The translations under genes were made by a program, and so were the position numbers. Source: Paracoccaceae bacterium (GTDB lineage: Bacteria; Pseudomonadota; Alphaproteobacteria; Rhodobacterales; Rhodobacteraceae). From it: a DNA stretch of 64,000 nt. Shown here in pieces: positions 20,041 through 29,169 of this stretch. Location: NCBI GenBank assembly GCA_007695345.1, contig REDZ01000073.1:9621-73620 (forward strand), given 5' to 3'. How positions within the stretch are numbered: position 1 is the first letter of the stretch; every line of letters starts with the position of its first letter. The notes under the pieces are model-generated. The model saw only the letters and a program-made list of their open reading frames with translations. It made no database searches and was not told where the DNA came from.

Positions 20041-21017
20041 CGCGGCAGGCTGTCTGTCTCGATATCCACCCAGACCAGCCTGTGCCGTGTCGGTGGATCA
20101 TCTGGCGGGCCAAGCAGATCGGCCTCGGGGCTGTGGCTCTCAGGCCAGAATACGCCCGCGTCGCGGATGCGCAACGCGCGCGATGGCAAGATGTAGCTGA
20201 CCCGCAGATTGCCCGGCCCGCCCGCCTGCGGCCAGTGAACCGTGTGCTGCGCTGGTGGGCCACGACTGGCGCTGTCTTGTCCCGCCTGTCGCGCGCCGGC
20301 GCTTTCAGGGCGAGGGTCTTGCAGGCGGGGGTGGGCCAGCAGGGCCTGCATCGCGCCGTGCAGGCCATCGCCATCATGCGGGTCCAGATTGCTGCCGCCC
20401 ATCACCACGACCGGGGCCTGTGGGGGGGGCATGGGCAGCGCGCCATCCAGAAACTGCGACCAGAAAGCTGTTTCATCGTGGTTGCGCAGCAGATTGCGGT
20501 CGTTGGGGCCGCCAAAGACCGGTGGACCGGCTTGATAGATCAGTAAGTGCAGGCGTGCGCCGCCCTCCAGCCGGACCGGCACATCCCAATGCCCGGTGCT
20601 GGACAGGCGGTGGATATCCTGCGCCTCGGGGGACAGGTCAGGCAGCATCGCACCGGGAAGATCGCGCCACAGGAAGCGTGAGAAATCCCGCGCCAGATCC
20701 GCTTTGATCGGGTGGCGCGACAAAAGCGCCAGCGCCTTGGTGCCGGAGAAGGGCCCATAGCCATGCGTGTCATCGGCGGTCGCGCTGCGCCCGTCGCCCG
20801 ACATGTCCCGCCCAGTACGCTGCCCGGCATTGGAGGCAAAGGCAAAGACATACGGAAATTCCTGACCGTGCTCGGCAATCAGGTCGCGCATGGCGCGAAG
20901 GGCGTGCAGGTCATGGTCATGGTCCAGCCCCGAAAGCACGAGGATATCCGGGGCGACATGCGCGATCAGCCGGGCTTTGGCCAGTGGGGCGGGGGCCTGT
21001 GACAGAATGTCTTGCAA
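20037..21017 (-). CDS. Endonuclease/exonuclease/phosphatase (EEP) family protein; true 5' end probably upstream of 21017
   Basis: EEP-like fold signatures are present. The first canonical start (TTG 21017) cuts off an in-frame lipoprotein-like leader (see finding). Confidence 0.65.
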   Translation of the reverse strand: MQDILSQAPAPLAKARLIAHVAPDILVLSGLDHDHDLHALRAMRDLIAEHGQEFPYVFAFASNAGQRTGRDMSGDGRSATADDTHGYGPFSGTKALALLSRHPIKADLARDFSRFLWRDLPGAMLPDLSPEAQDIHRLSSTGHWDVPVRLEGGARLHLLIYQAGPPVFGGPNDRNLLRNHDETAFWSQFLDGALPMPPPQAPVVVMGGSNLDPHDGDGLHGAMQALLAHPRLQDPRPESAGARQAGQDSASRGPPAQHTVHWPQAGGPGNLRVSYILPSRALRIRDAGVFWPESHSPEADLLGPPDDPPTRHRLVWVDIETDSLPR

Positions 21018-21112
21018 CGCATAGCCGGGGCCGCGACCGCCCAGATCGATGCGCCAGAAGGCGAGGCGCAGTGTTTCAGCGCTGCCATGAACGGGCGCGC
21101 AGATGCAGCCGA

Positions 21113-21961
21113 TCAGGAATAGGCAGAGCGCGACTGTGCGGCAATGGATTCGTCCTCGGCGGCGATGCGCTGGCGCTGCGCCCGCACCAGTTGCGCCACA
21201 CGATACATGGCCACGCCACGCAGGATCAGATTCACCGGAATACAGGCCCAGAGCGACACCCCCCAGACAAAGGCCAGTGGCGATTGCAAGGTCATGGGCT
21301 GCACCAGCAGGTTCGACAGATGCAGCAAGACCGGCAGAGAGAATGGCAGGATAATCCCTAACAGGATGTTAACATGCGCATCGCGTTCGAGCCGCTGGAC
21401 GACATCCACCCCCTTGGTCGGATCGAAATTGGGCAGGTTCACCCAGACATTGAACGGCACATTCCGCCGCGGCCAGTAGCCCAGCGCGAGCATCAGCAGA
21501 AAGATCATCAGACTTGCCGCAGCCAACAGATAGGCCAGCGCCGCAGCGGCCCGCACAGCGGCCAGATGTTCCACCGGCAGGCCGACCGGCAGCGACATCA
21601 CCAACAGGCGCACGGGGCTGAAGGGGAAATCCATCACCTCGCCCAACCGATGCGCGAAACCGAAGATCAGGCCATCACTTCCGGGCGTCAGCAGCAGATC
21701 GCGCTGCAAGAGCGCGATACTGATCACGACCATGGCCAGAAACCCAAGCCGGATGCGGTTGTAGGGTTTTGCATCGCGGAATTCGACCAGGCCGGGATAG
21801 GCGGCGGAGTATTCGGCAAAAACCACAATCGCGGCCAGCAGCGACAGCAGGGTGATCCCCTGCGCAACCTCATGCGAGATGTCGGACAGCAACAGCGCCG
21901 GGGTCAGGACAAGCAGGCCCACCAAAACCCCACGCAAGATGTTCTGCGCCATAAGCGACAT
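21113..21961 (-). CDS. Multi-pass inner-membrane protein, unknown function
   Basis: Several hydrophobic helices. ATG at 21961 (MSLMAQNILRGVLVGLLVL) is preferred over the Arg-rich extension of the ORF-track start. Confidence 0.5.
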   Translation of the reverse strand: MSLMAQNILRGVLVGLLVLTPALLLSDISHEVAQGITLLSLLAAIVVFAEYSAAYPGLVEFRDAKPYNRIRLGFLAMVVISIALLQRDLLLTPGSDGLIFGFAHRLGEVMDFPFSPVRLLVMSLPVGLPVEHLAAVRAAAALAYLLAAASLMIFLLMLALGYWPRRNVPFNVWVNLPNFDPTKGVDVVQRLERDAHVNILLGIILPFSLPVLLHLSNLLVQPMTLQSPLAFVWGVSLWACIPVNLILRGVAMYRVAQLVRAQRQRIAAEDESIAAQSRSAYS

Positions 21962-22161
21962 AGTTCCGCTACTGCCTCGTATCGCTCTGCTGCGCATCGG
22001 CGCGGATGCCCGCAGAATTCTTGTGTCATGCGGCCGTACGGCCAGCACTTGCCTCATTCTTGACACAATCCTGCCCATTCTTCGCCATCCTCGCAAGCGC
22101 CATGGACAGGATCGGCCAATGGCAGGGCAATTTCGAGAAGAAACTGTCGCGAGTTTGCATC

Positions 22162-22203
22162 AAATTGAAGGAATAAATGCGGCAACCCCGAAGGATGCCG
22201 CAT
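22162..22203 (-). terminator. leuCD rho-independent terminator
   Basis: Stem ATGCGGCA/TGCCGCAT (22177-22203), followed on the minus strand by TTTATTCCTTCAATTT. Confidence 0.65.
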
Positions 22204-22225
22204 CAGAAACCAGTATTCTCAAGCC

Positions 22226-22831
22226 TCAGATCCAGGGACGGGCCTGCGCCGCGGCGTTCTCGAAAGCATCAATTGCGGAGACTTTCTCGAGTGTGAGCCC
22301 CACATCATCCAGCCCGTTCAGCAGGCAATGCTTGGTGAACGGGTCAATCTGAAAGGCAAAGACCTGCCCGTCCGCGCTGGTGACCGTCTGCGATTCGAGA
22401 TCAATGGCGATACGCGCATTCTCGCCCTTGCGGGCATCTTCCATCAGCACATCGACCTGATCCTGCGGCAGCACGATGGGCAGCATCCCGTTCTTGAAGC
22501 AGTTGTTGTAGAAGATATCGGCATAGCTGGGCGCGATGATCGCCCTTATCCCGAAATCGGCCAGCGCCCAGGGCGCATGTTCGCGTGATGAGCCGCAGCC
22601 GAAATTCTCGCCCGTCACGAGGATCTGCGCCTGACGATAGGCGGGCTGGTTCAGCACGAAATCCGCGATCTCGTTGCCCTGATCATCATAGCGCATCTCG
22701 TCAAACAGGTTCTTGCCCAGCCCGGTGCGCTGGACGGTTTTCAGGAACTGTTTGGGGATGATCATGTCCGTGTCGATATTCACAAGCGGCATGGGGGCGG
22801 CGACCCCGGTCAGATTGGTGAATTTTTCCAT
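22226..22831 (-). CDS. leuD: 3-isopropylmalate dehydratase small subunit
   Basis: [42 protein letters not shown] lies upstream of the ATG at 22831. Confidence 0.9.
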   Translation of the reverse strand: MEKFTNLTGVAAPMPLVNIDTDMIIPKQFLKTVQRTGLGKNLFDEMRYDDQGNEIADFVLNQPAYRQAQILVTGENFGCGSSREHAPWALADFGIRAIIAPSYADIFYNNCFKNGMLPIVLPQDQVDVLMEDARKGENARIAIDLESQTVTSADGQVFAFQIDPFTKHCLLNGLDDVGLTLEKVSAIDAFENAAAQARPWI

Positions 22832-22876
22832 ATGTCTCTCCTCTCCGAGAGCGCCGGGGCGTTGCCCCGGACCCCA

Positions 22877-22900
22877 GAGTATTTCTGGCAAGATGAAATC
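22877..22900 (+). repeat. 24-nt AT-rich intergenic repeat, copy 1 (GAGTATTTCTGGCAAGATGAAATC)
   Basis: 21/24 identical to the copies at 43696 and 62824. Lies in the leuC-leuD spacer. Confidence 0.7.
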
Positions 22901-24308
22901 AGGCGGGCTGCCGCGTCAGTTCGCGGATATCGGTCAGGCGCCCCGTGATGGCGGCGGCGGCCGCCATGGCGGGCGACATCAGATGTGTGCGCCCGCCGCG
23001 GCCCTGCCGGCCTTCGAAATTGCGGTTTGACGTGGCGGCGCAGCGTTCGCCCGGTGCAAGCTGGTCGGGGTTCATCGCCAGACACATCGAACAGCCGGCA
23101 AGGCGCCATTCAAAGCCCGCATCGATGAAGATCTGCGCCAGCCCCTCTTCCTCGGCCTGCGCGCGTACCAGCCCCGAGCCGGGCACAACCATGGCGCGTT
23201 TGACGGCGATCTTGCGCCCCTTGAGGATGTCGGCGGCGGCGCGCAGATCCTCGATCCGGCCATTGGTGCAGGACCCGATGAAGACGGTGTCAATCTCGAT
23301 GTCAGTCAGTTTCTGGCCGGGCTTGAGGCCCATGTAGTCCAGCGCGCGGCGCGCGGCGCCGACCTTGCCGCCCGAGAAGCTGTCGGGGTCGGGGACATGG
23401 CCCGTGATGGGCAGCACATCCTCGGGGCTGGTGCCCCAGGTCACGACGGGCGCGATCTCTTCGGCCTTGAGCGTCACGACCTTGTCCCATTGCGCGCCTT
23501 CGTCCGATTTCAGCGTTTTCCACCATGCCAGCGCGGCATCCCATTGCGCGCCCTTGGGGGCGTGGGGGCGGCCCTTGACGTAGTCGAATGTCTTCTGGTC
23601 AGGGGCGATCAGACCAGCGCGCGCGCCCCCCTCGATCGCCATGTTGCACACGGTCATGCGTCCTTCCATCGACAATTCCTCGATGGCCTGGCCGCAATAT
23701 TCGATGACATGGCCCGTGCCGCCCGCCGTGCCGGTCGCGCCGATCACCGAGAGCGTGATATCCTTGGCCGTGACGCCAGGCGGCAGCGAGCCCGTGATCT
23801 CGACCTTCATGTTCCTTGATTTCTTCTGGATCAGCGTCTGGGTGGCAAGCACATGCTCGACCTCTGACGTGCCGATGCCGTGCGCAAGCGCGCCGAACGC
23901 ACCATGTGTCGCGGTATGGCTGTCACCGCAGACGACCGTCATGCCCGGCAAGGTCCAGCCCTGTTCGGGGCCGACGATATGAACGATGCCTTGCCGCACG
24001 TCATGGACCGGATAGTAATTGACACCGAATTCCTGCGCGTTGCGGTCCAGCGTTTCGACCTGAATGCGGGATTCGGGGTTCTTTATTCCGTCATTGCGGT
24101 CTGGGGTGGTCGGCACATTGTGATCGGGCACCGCAATCGTCTTGGCCGGCGCGCGGACCGTGCGACCGGCAAGGCGCAGCCCTTCGAACGCCTGCGGGCT
24201 GGTCACTTCGTGGACCAGATGGCGGTCGATATACAGCAGGCAGGTGCCGTCGCTGTCCTCATGGACGACATGGGCGTCCCAGATCTTGTCATAGAGTGTC
24301 TTGGGCAT
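22899..24308 (-). CDS. leuC: 3-isopropylmalate dehydratase large subunit
   Basis: [15 protein letters not shown] start at 24308. Aconitase-family Cys motifs ([18 protein letters not shown]). Confidence 0.95.
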   Translation of the reverse strand: MPKTLYDKIWDAHVVHEDSDGTCLLYIDRHLVHEVTSPQAFEGLRLAGRTVRAPAKTIAVPDHNVPTTPDRNDGIKNPESRIQVETLDRNAQEFGVNYYPVHDVRQGIVHIVGPEQGWTLPGMTVVCGDSHTATHGAFGALAHGIGTSEVEHVLATQTLIQKKSRNMKVEITGSLPPGVTAKDITLSVIGATGTAGGTGHVIEYCGQAIEELSMEGRMTVCNMAIEGGARAGLIAPDQKTFDYVKGRPHAPKGAQWDAALAWWKTLKSDEGAQWDKVVTLKAEEIAPVVTWGTSPEDVLPITGHVPDPDSFSGGKVGAARRALDYMGLKPGQKLTDIEIDTVFIGSCTNGRIEDLRAAADILKGRKIAVKRAMVVPGSGLVRAQAEEEGLAQIFIDAGFEWRLAGCSMCLAMNPDQLAPGERCAATSNRNFEGRQGRGGRTHLMSPAMAAAAAITGRLTDIRELTRQPA

Positions 24309-24636
24309 GGGGTTTTCCCTGGCTGAAGAAGGATCGGAAATACGATTTGCGGGACGGTCCTGCACGCCCCGCGCAGGCGCGCTCAGCGCAGTCGCGCCAG
24401 GACAGACCGTGCCTCTCGCTGGAAGCGCTGGGGCAGGCGGGCATGATCGCTCATGTCGAAAAACCGTGTCATGAGGGTGGTAATACGGGCGAATCGCGCG
24501 CAACGCAACGGCGGAACAGGTGTGGCCGGTTTGCGCAGATTTTCACCGACCGGTGCAATTCCGCATCCGCCAAGATTGAGATGACGCCGAAAAATGCTAT
24601 ATTCGCAGGTATCGTAACTCCAAGGAGGACAGGTCT

Positions 24637-25038
24637 CTGTCGTATACTGACACGACCGCGTACGCGGCCCGCCCGGAACCCAAAGCGTCGATCCCGTTCG
24701 ATGGCGGCGATATACTGGATCTGGTGTTGACCTCGCTTGACGACAACAAGGCCGAAGACATCCTGACCATTGATCTGCGCGGAAAATCGGCCATGGCCGA
24801 TCATATGGTCATCTGCACCGGGCGTTCTTCGCGGCAGGTATCGGCAATCGCATCCAACCTGCTGGACCGGCTGAAAGAGCATTTCAGGCTGAGCGCGCGC
24901 ACTGAGGGCAAGGATATCGGTGACTGGGTGCTGATCGATACGGGCGATGTTGTGGTGCATATCTTCCGCCCGGAAGTGCGCGAGTTCTACCAGCTTGAAA
25001 AGATGTGGCAGGAAAGCGGGCAAACCCCCGCCGTCTGA
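24637..25038 (+). CDS. rsfS: Ribosome silencing factor RsfS (probable CTG start; first canonical start is GTG 24724)
   Basis: DDNKAEDILTIDLRGKS..DHMVICTGRSSRQV..WVLIDTGDVVVHIF..YQLEKMW. AAGGAGGA (24622-24629) lies 7 nt before the in-frame CTG at 24637. Confidence 0.7.
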   Translation: MSYTDTTAYAARPEPKASIPFDGGDILDLVLTSLDDNKAEDILTIDLRGKSAMADHMVICTGRSSRQVSAIASNLLDRLKEHFRLSARTEGKDIGDWVLIDTGDVVVHIFRPEVREFYQLEKMWQESGQTPAV

Positions 25039-25508
25039 TGCGGCTGCAACTTTGCGCCGTGGGGCGCATCCGCAAGGGCCCGGAGCGCGCGCTGCTGGAG
25101 GATTACCTGACCCGGTTTGACCGGGCGGGAAAGCAGCTTTTCCTTGGGCCATGTTCCGAGCATGAGATCGACGACCGCAAGGCCACCAGCGCCGGTGCGC
25201 AGGGCGAGGCATTATTGCGCGCCGTGCCGTCTGGTGCCGTGCTGCTGGCGCTGGATGAGCGCGGGCAGCAGATGACATCGCCTGAATTCGCGGCCTGGCT
25301 GGCGCGGGCGCGGGACCGGGGAATCAGCGATCTGGCCATCGTGATCGGTGGCGCGGACGGGCTGGCGGAACAGGTGGTGGCGCGGGCCGATCAGCAGCTT
25401 TCGCTTGGCGGGATGGTCTGGCCGCACCGGCTGGCGCGGGTGATGATTGCCGAACAGCTCTATCGCGCGGCGACGATCCTTGCGGGCAGCCCTTATCACC
25501 GGACCTGA
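25038..25508 (+). CDS. rlmH: 23S rRNA (pseudouridine1915-N3)-methyltransferase RlmH
   Basis: SPOUT-type C-terminus (IGGADG...SLGGMVWPHRLARVMIAEQLYRA). TGATG overlap with the rsfS stop. Confidence 0.9.
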   Translation: MRLQLCAVGRIRKGPERALLEDYLTRFDRAGKQLFLGPCSEHEIDDRKATSAGAQGEALLRAVPSGAVLLALDERGQQMTSPEFAAWLARARDRGISDLAIVIGGADGLAEQVVARADQQLSLGGMVWPHRLARVMIAEQLYRAATILAGSPYHRT

Positions 25509-25513
25509 GATGG

Positions 25514-25543
25514 AAAAGGCCGAAGCACGAGTCGTGCTTCGGC
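25514..25543 (-). terminator. Strong hairpin terminator (T tract on the minus strand) between rlmH and the LysR gene
   Basis: GCCGAAGCACGA-g-TCGTGCTTCGGC is preceded on the + strand by AAAA, which reads as TTTT after the hairpin on the minus strand. Confidence 0.6.
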
Positions 25544-25583
25544 AGTTGGGAGGGAACGCCAGAGCGTTCGGAGGGAAGCGGTG

Positions 25584-26489
25584 TTACCAGTCCTCGGCCT
25601 TGCGCTCGCCGAATGTCTCGACCAGAAAATCGATCAGCGCGCGGACCTTGGGTTGCGTGTAGCGCCCGGCTGGATAAACAGCATACAGATTCTGCGTATC
25701 GCGCGGCAGATCGGGGATCACATCCTCGACCAGCCCGGCGCGCATGGCGGGTGCATAGAGATAGCTTGGCAGATAGGCGATGCCCAGCCCGTTGATCGCG
25801 GCGGTCAGAAGCGACTGACCATCATTGACCGAAAACCACGATGCCGAACGCACCTGCCGCTGTTCGCCCGAGGGCGAGGTGATCCTCCAGACCGAGGTTG
25901 CGGCATTGTGCGCATAATACAGCAGGCGGTGATCGTTCAGATCATCAATCCGTGCAGGGCGGCCATGCGTTTCCAGATAGTCGGGTGAGGCGATCAGCCG
26001 CTGGGTCGCGCAGCAGATTTTCCGCGCACGCATCGAGGTGTCGTCCATATCGCCCATGCGAATCGCGAGATCGAACCCTTCCGAGATCAGTTCCACAAAG
26101 CGGTTCTTCAGCACCATGTTGACCGACACATCAGGGTATCGGTTCAGGAATGCCCCAAGCACCGGCGAAAGATGCGTTGCGCCAAAATCCGTGGGTACCG
26201 CGATCCGCAATATCCCCGAGGGGGCGGACTGCATGGCAGTGACAAGGTTATCCGCTTCGCCTGCATCATTCAGAACACGGCGTGCGCGGTCGTAATAGGC
26301 CAGGCCGATATCTGTAGGGCTGACACGACGGGTGGTGCGGTTCAGCAGGCGCGCGCCCAGACGCGCTTCGAGCGAGGACACATGCTTGGACACTGCGGAT
26401 TTGGAAATACCCATCTTGCGGGCCGCATCAGTGAACCCGCCCTGATCCACGACTGTGGCAAAAGCTTCCATTTCGGTCAAACGATCCAT
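25584..26489 (-). CDS. LysR family transcriptional regulator
   Basis: MDRLTEMEAFATVVDQGGFTDAARKMGISKSAVSKHVSSLE HTH plus a LysR substrate-binding domain. Confidence 0.85.
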   Translation of the reverse strand: MDRLTEMEAFATVVDQGGFTDAARKMGISKSAVSKHVSSLEARLGARLLNRTTRRVSPTDIGLAYYDRARRVLNDAGEADNLVTAMQSAPSGILRIAVPTDFGATHLSPVLGAFLNRYPDVSVNMVLKNRFVELISEGFDLAIRMGDMDDTSMRARKICCATQRLIASPDYLETHGRPARIDDLNDHRLLYYAHNAATSVWRITSPSGEQRQVRSASWFSVNDGQSLLTAAINGLGIAYLPSYLYAPAMRAGLVEDVIPDLPRDTQNLYAVYPAGRYTQPKVRALIDFLVETFGERKAEDW

Positions 26490-26630
26490 CACCAGCCCTA
26501 CGTCACCATTCTGAACATGGGTCACAATATCGGACCAAATCGGGCAAGATTGGGGTGGGGGCGCGACAACTCCGGGACAATCGCTCAGGAAAGCATCGAT
26601 CTGGTGACAGATGCGAAACGGGTCGCGGCG

Positions 26631-27488
26631 CTATGCCAGGTCGATGGCGGTCAGCAGTGCAGAGGCCGCGCCCGCGCCCAGAATCCAGCCCTCCTCGCGC
26701 AGGATGTCAGGTGGGGCAGGGGGCGCGAGCAGGGGGGCCATATCGGTCTTGCAAAAGGCACGTGCCAGCAGATCGACCTGTGCGGCATCCTTGCAGGGGT
26801 AGCGTGCCGCATGAGCCTGCACTGCCGGGTCCAGAAGCGACAGATAGGTTTCGGCCAGCACGAGCGGTGCATCGGGCGGCTGCATCGGCCATACGGCAAG
26901 CTGCGTTCCATATTCCGCGCGCAGCGCAGCCAGATGGGCCTGCCCAAGCAGGCTCTGCGACCCGACCGACCCGGTTGTATACAGCTTCCACATCGGATGC
27001 GCGCCCGAACACAGCGCCTCGGTCTGGCGCAGCTCTGCCAGATCATGGCCGTGGCGCAGACGGCCCTTCTCCGGCAGATCGGGCAGATCGCGGCCCGCCG
27101 GGCGACCCCAGAACGGCCCCAGCCCCGGAAAGCGGCGATTGATCTCGGCAGCGACCTCGAACCGGTTATTGCGGTTGCGCGCGTCATCGCGGATGCGCGC
27201 GGCCAGCCAGTCCCAGACCGCCAGCGCCTCGGCGCGCCCGGTCAGATGGGGGGCGAAGCCGCGCGGATAGCCAAAGCCGATATCGAAGGCGACAAGCACG
27301 CGCTCTTCCGCCTGCAGGGCGGCATCGCACCGCGCGCGGAGCGCGTCCATCGCGGCCATACGGGTCGGCAGGTTTTGCGGGGGCGCCTGCGCCGCGCCCG
27401 CGCTGCCGATCCAGATCGAATCCGCGCCGAGCTTGGGGGTGGAATTGGCCGACCAGTCCACGACCAGAACATGATCGAAACAACTCAT
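26631..27488 (-). CDS. Conserved-looking hypothetical protein, translationally coupled to mobA
   Basis: Protein-like composition, no TM segment, no Walker A. ATGA overlap with the mobA stop. Confidence 0.55.
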   Translation of the reverse strand: MSCFDHVLVVDWSANSTPKLGADSIWIGSAGAAQAPPQNLPTRMAAMDALRARCDAALQAEERVLVAFDIGFGYPRGFAPHLTGRAEALAVWDWLAARIRDDARNRNNRFEVAAEINRRFPGLGPFWGRPAGRDLPDLPEKGRLRHGHDLAELRQTEALCSGAHPMWKLYTTGSVGSQSLLGQAHLAALRAEYGTQLAVWPMQPPDAPLVLAETYLSLLDPAVQAHAARYPCKDAAQVDLLARAFCKTDMAPLLAPPAPPDILREEGWILGAGAASALLTAIDLA

Positions 27489-28105
27489 CCTCGCCCCAGA
27501 AGGGTTTCGGCCCGCGCCAGATCCTCGGGTGTATTGATGTTGAAAAACGGGTCAATGGGTGTGGCATCGAACAGCGCCTGCCCGGCCTCTTGCGCCGCGG
27601 CCCAGTCGCGGACCCGGCGCATCCCGCCTGTGATCGCGCGGCGCAGATCGTCGCGCAGCAGCACGGGCCACAACCCGCAGACCGGGTGCGCGTGGACCGT
27701 GCCGCCACGTCGCGTAGCCGCATAGGCCGCGCCGTGCGGCCCTGTGGCGGATTGCAGGCGCATGGCCAGATCACGGGGCAGAAACGGAGTGTCGGCAGGG
27801 ACAATCAGCACCGTCTGGCACCCCTGTTCCGCCGCCCAGTCCATGCCTGCCAGCAATCCGGCCAGCGGCCCCGGCCAGCCCGGCACCGAATCCGCCACGA
27901 CAGGCAGGCCGAAACCAGCCAGGCGCGCGGGCGGTCCATTGGCGTTAATCGCGATGGCCCGCACCTGCGGTGCCAGCCGGTCGATCACATGGGCCAGCAG
28001 CGGCCGGCCCGCGAGGTCACGCAGCCCCTTGTCGCCCCCGCCCATGCGCGTGGCCAGCCCCCCGGCAAGGATGATCCCTGCAGGCTGGGTCACGGAAGCG
28101 ACCAT
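27485..28105 (-). CDS. mobA: Molybdenum cofactor guanylyltransferase
   Basis: GIILAGGLATRMGGGDKGL, ...VPADTPFLP. ATG at 28105. Confidence 0.85.
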   Translation of the reverse strand: MVASVTQPAGIILAGGLATRMGGGDKGLRDLAGRPLLAHVIDRLAPQVRAIAINANGPPARLAGFGLPVVADSVPGWPGPLAGLLAGMDWAAEQGCQTVLIVPADTPFLPRDLAMRLQSATGPHGAAYAATRRGGTVHAHPVCGLWPVLLRDDLRRAITGGMRRVRDWAAAQEAGQALFDATPIDPFFNINTPEDLARAETLLGRG

Positions 28106-28337
28106 GTGGGGCGTGTTGGTTTGCGGGGCATGCGACACTGTAACCGGGGCGTGAACAGGGTTTGGGCGGGCATTTCTGGATATGTCTTGGTAAACCGCCG
28201 CGGCAAGCACATTCGCAGCAGAGCCTTTTCGCGGATTGGAAACGCACTGGTCCGCCGATGGTAGTTGTCTGGACTGGTGCGAAAACGGTTCATGATGTAT
28301 GACGTGTTAATGTTTTTACCATCGGGGGCAGTACGCC

Positions 28338-28973
28338 ATGCAGATCCCAGACCAGAAATCCGGGCATTGGCTGCCCGTGACTCAGTCCGAGGCACTTTGC
28401 GGCAAGGATACTGGCGTGCCGCGCCTGGTTCCCCCGCAGGCCAGTATCCTGTCGCGGTTTCGCTTTCGCAACTGGCGCGAACAGGATGTGCCACAATTCC
28501 GCGCGATGCTGGATGACCCCGATCTGTGGCGTTTCATGCATGAGGACTATCCCGGCACGATAACGGATGATCTGGCCGCAACGCTGATCGAATTGTCCCG
28601 GCAGGCCAGCCATCACAAGGTGCGCGCCGTGGAATTTGACGGCCAGCTTGTCGGCCAGGCCCGGATGCAATGGCACAGCACGACCACCCCCCCGCGATCG
28701 GGTGAGGTCAGCTATTGGCTGGCGCGCGCGCATTGGGGCAAGGGGCTGGCGGCGCCCATGGTTGCGATCTTTATCTGGCGTTGCGTCAGCATGTTTCCGG
28801 CCCTGTCGCGGATCACGGCGCGCATTCACCGCGACAACACGGCCTCGCATCGCGTGGTTGACAGGTTGGGTTTCCAACTGCTGGAAGATGATCTGGGCGA
28901 TGGCTGGCAAGGCTATGCGCTGGACCGCGCAGACGGGATCGATCTGTCGCGCGCGGCGCTGCCGGATCGCTGA
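28338..28973 (+). CDS. GNAT family N-acetyltransferase (RimJ/RimL-like)
   Basis: FRNWREQD..., WLARAHWGKGLA, N-x-x-S-x-x-V-x-x-K/R-L-GF-like ending (NTASHRVVDRLGFQ). Confidence 0.75.
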   Translation: MQIPDQKSGHWLPVTQSEALCGKDTGVPRLVPPQASILSRFRFRNWREQDVPQFRAMLDDPDLWRFMHEDYPGTITDDLAATLIELSRQASHHKVRAVEFDGQLVGQARMQWHSTTTPPRSGEVSYWLARAHWGKGLAAPMVAIFIWRCVSMFPALSRITARIHRDNTASHRVVDRLGFQLLEDDLGDGWQGYALDRADGIDLSRAALPDR

Positions 28974-28989
28974 GAACTATGGTCGGGGA

Positions 28990-29064
28990 TGGTGGGCGAT
29001 GAGAGATTTGAACTCCCGACATCTTCGATGTGAACGAAGCGCTCTACCACTGAGCTAATCGCCC
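28990..29064 (-). tRNA. tRNA-Val (anticodon CAC), CCA encoded
   Basis: Minus-strand read GGGCGAT-TA-GCTCAGTGGTAGAGC-G-CTTCG-TTCACAT-CGAAG-ATGTC-GGGAG-TTCAAAT-CTCTC-ATCGCCC-A-CCA folds as a cloverleaf. Confidence 0.9.
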
Positions 29065-29130
29065 CCGATCGGCTCTTTACCGGGGTCGCGCGGATGGCGC
29101 AAGCCCTCTCGACCGCTTTCGGATAATTGG

Positions 29131-29159
29131 CCGGGCCGCGCTGGAATTGCACGGCCCGG
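29131..29159 (-). terminator. Hairpin after lon
   Basis: CCGGGCCG...CGGCCCGG, an 8-bp stem 11 nt after the lon stop. Weak T content after it. Confidence 0.35.
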
Positions 29160-29169
29160 TGACGTTTGG

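Noticed and set aside
24383-24472. 29-codon minus-strand ORF ([29 protein letters not shown]) in the leuC leader, considered as a leucine attenuator peptide.
   Set aside because: It contains only three scattered Leu codons with no Leu run. No clear terminator/antiterminator pair follows, so attenuation is not supported.
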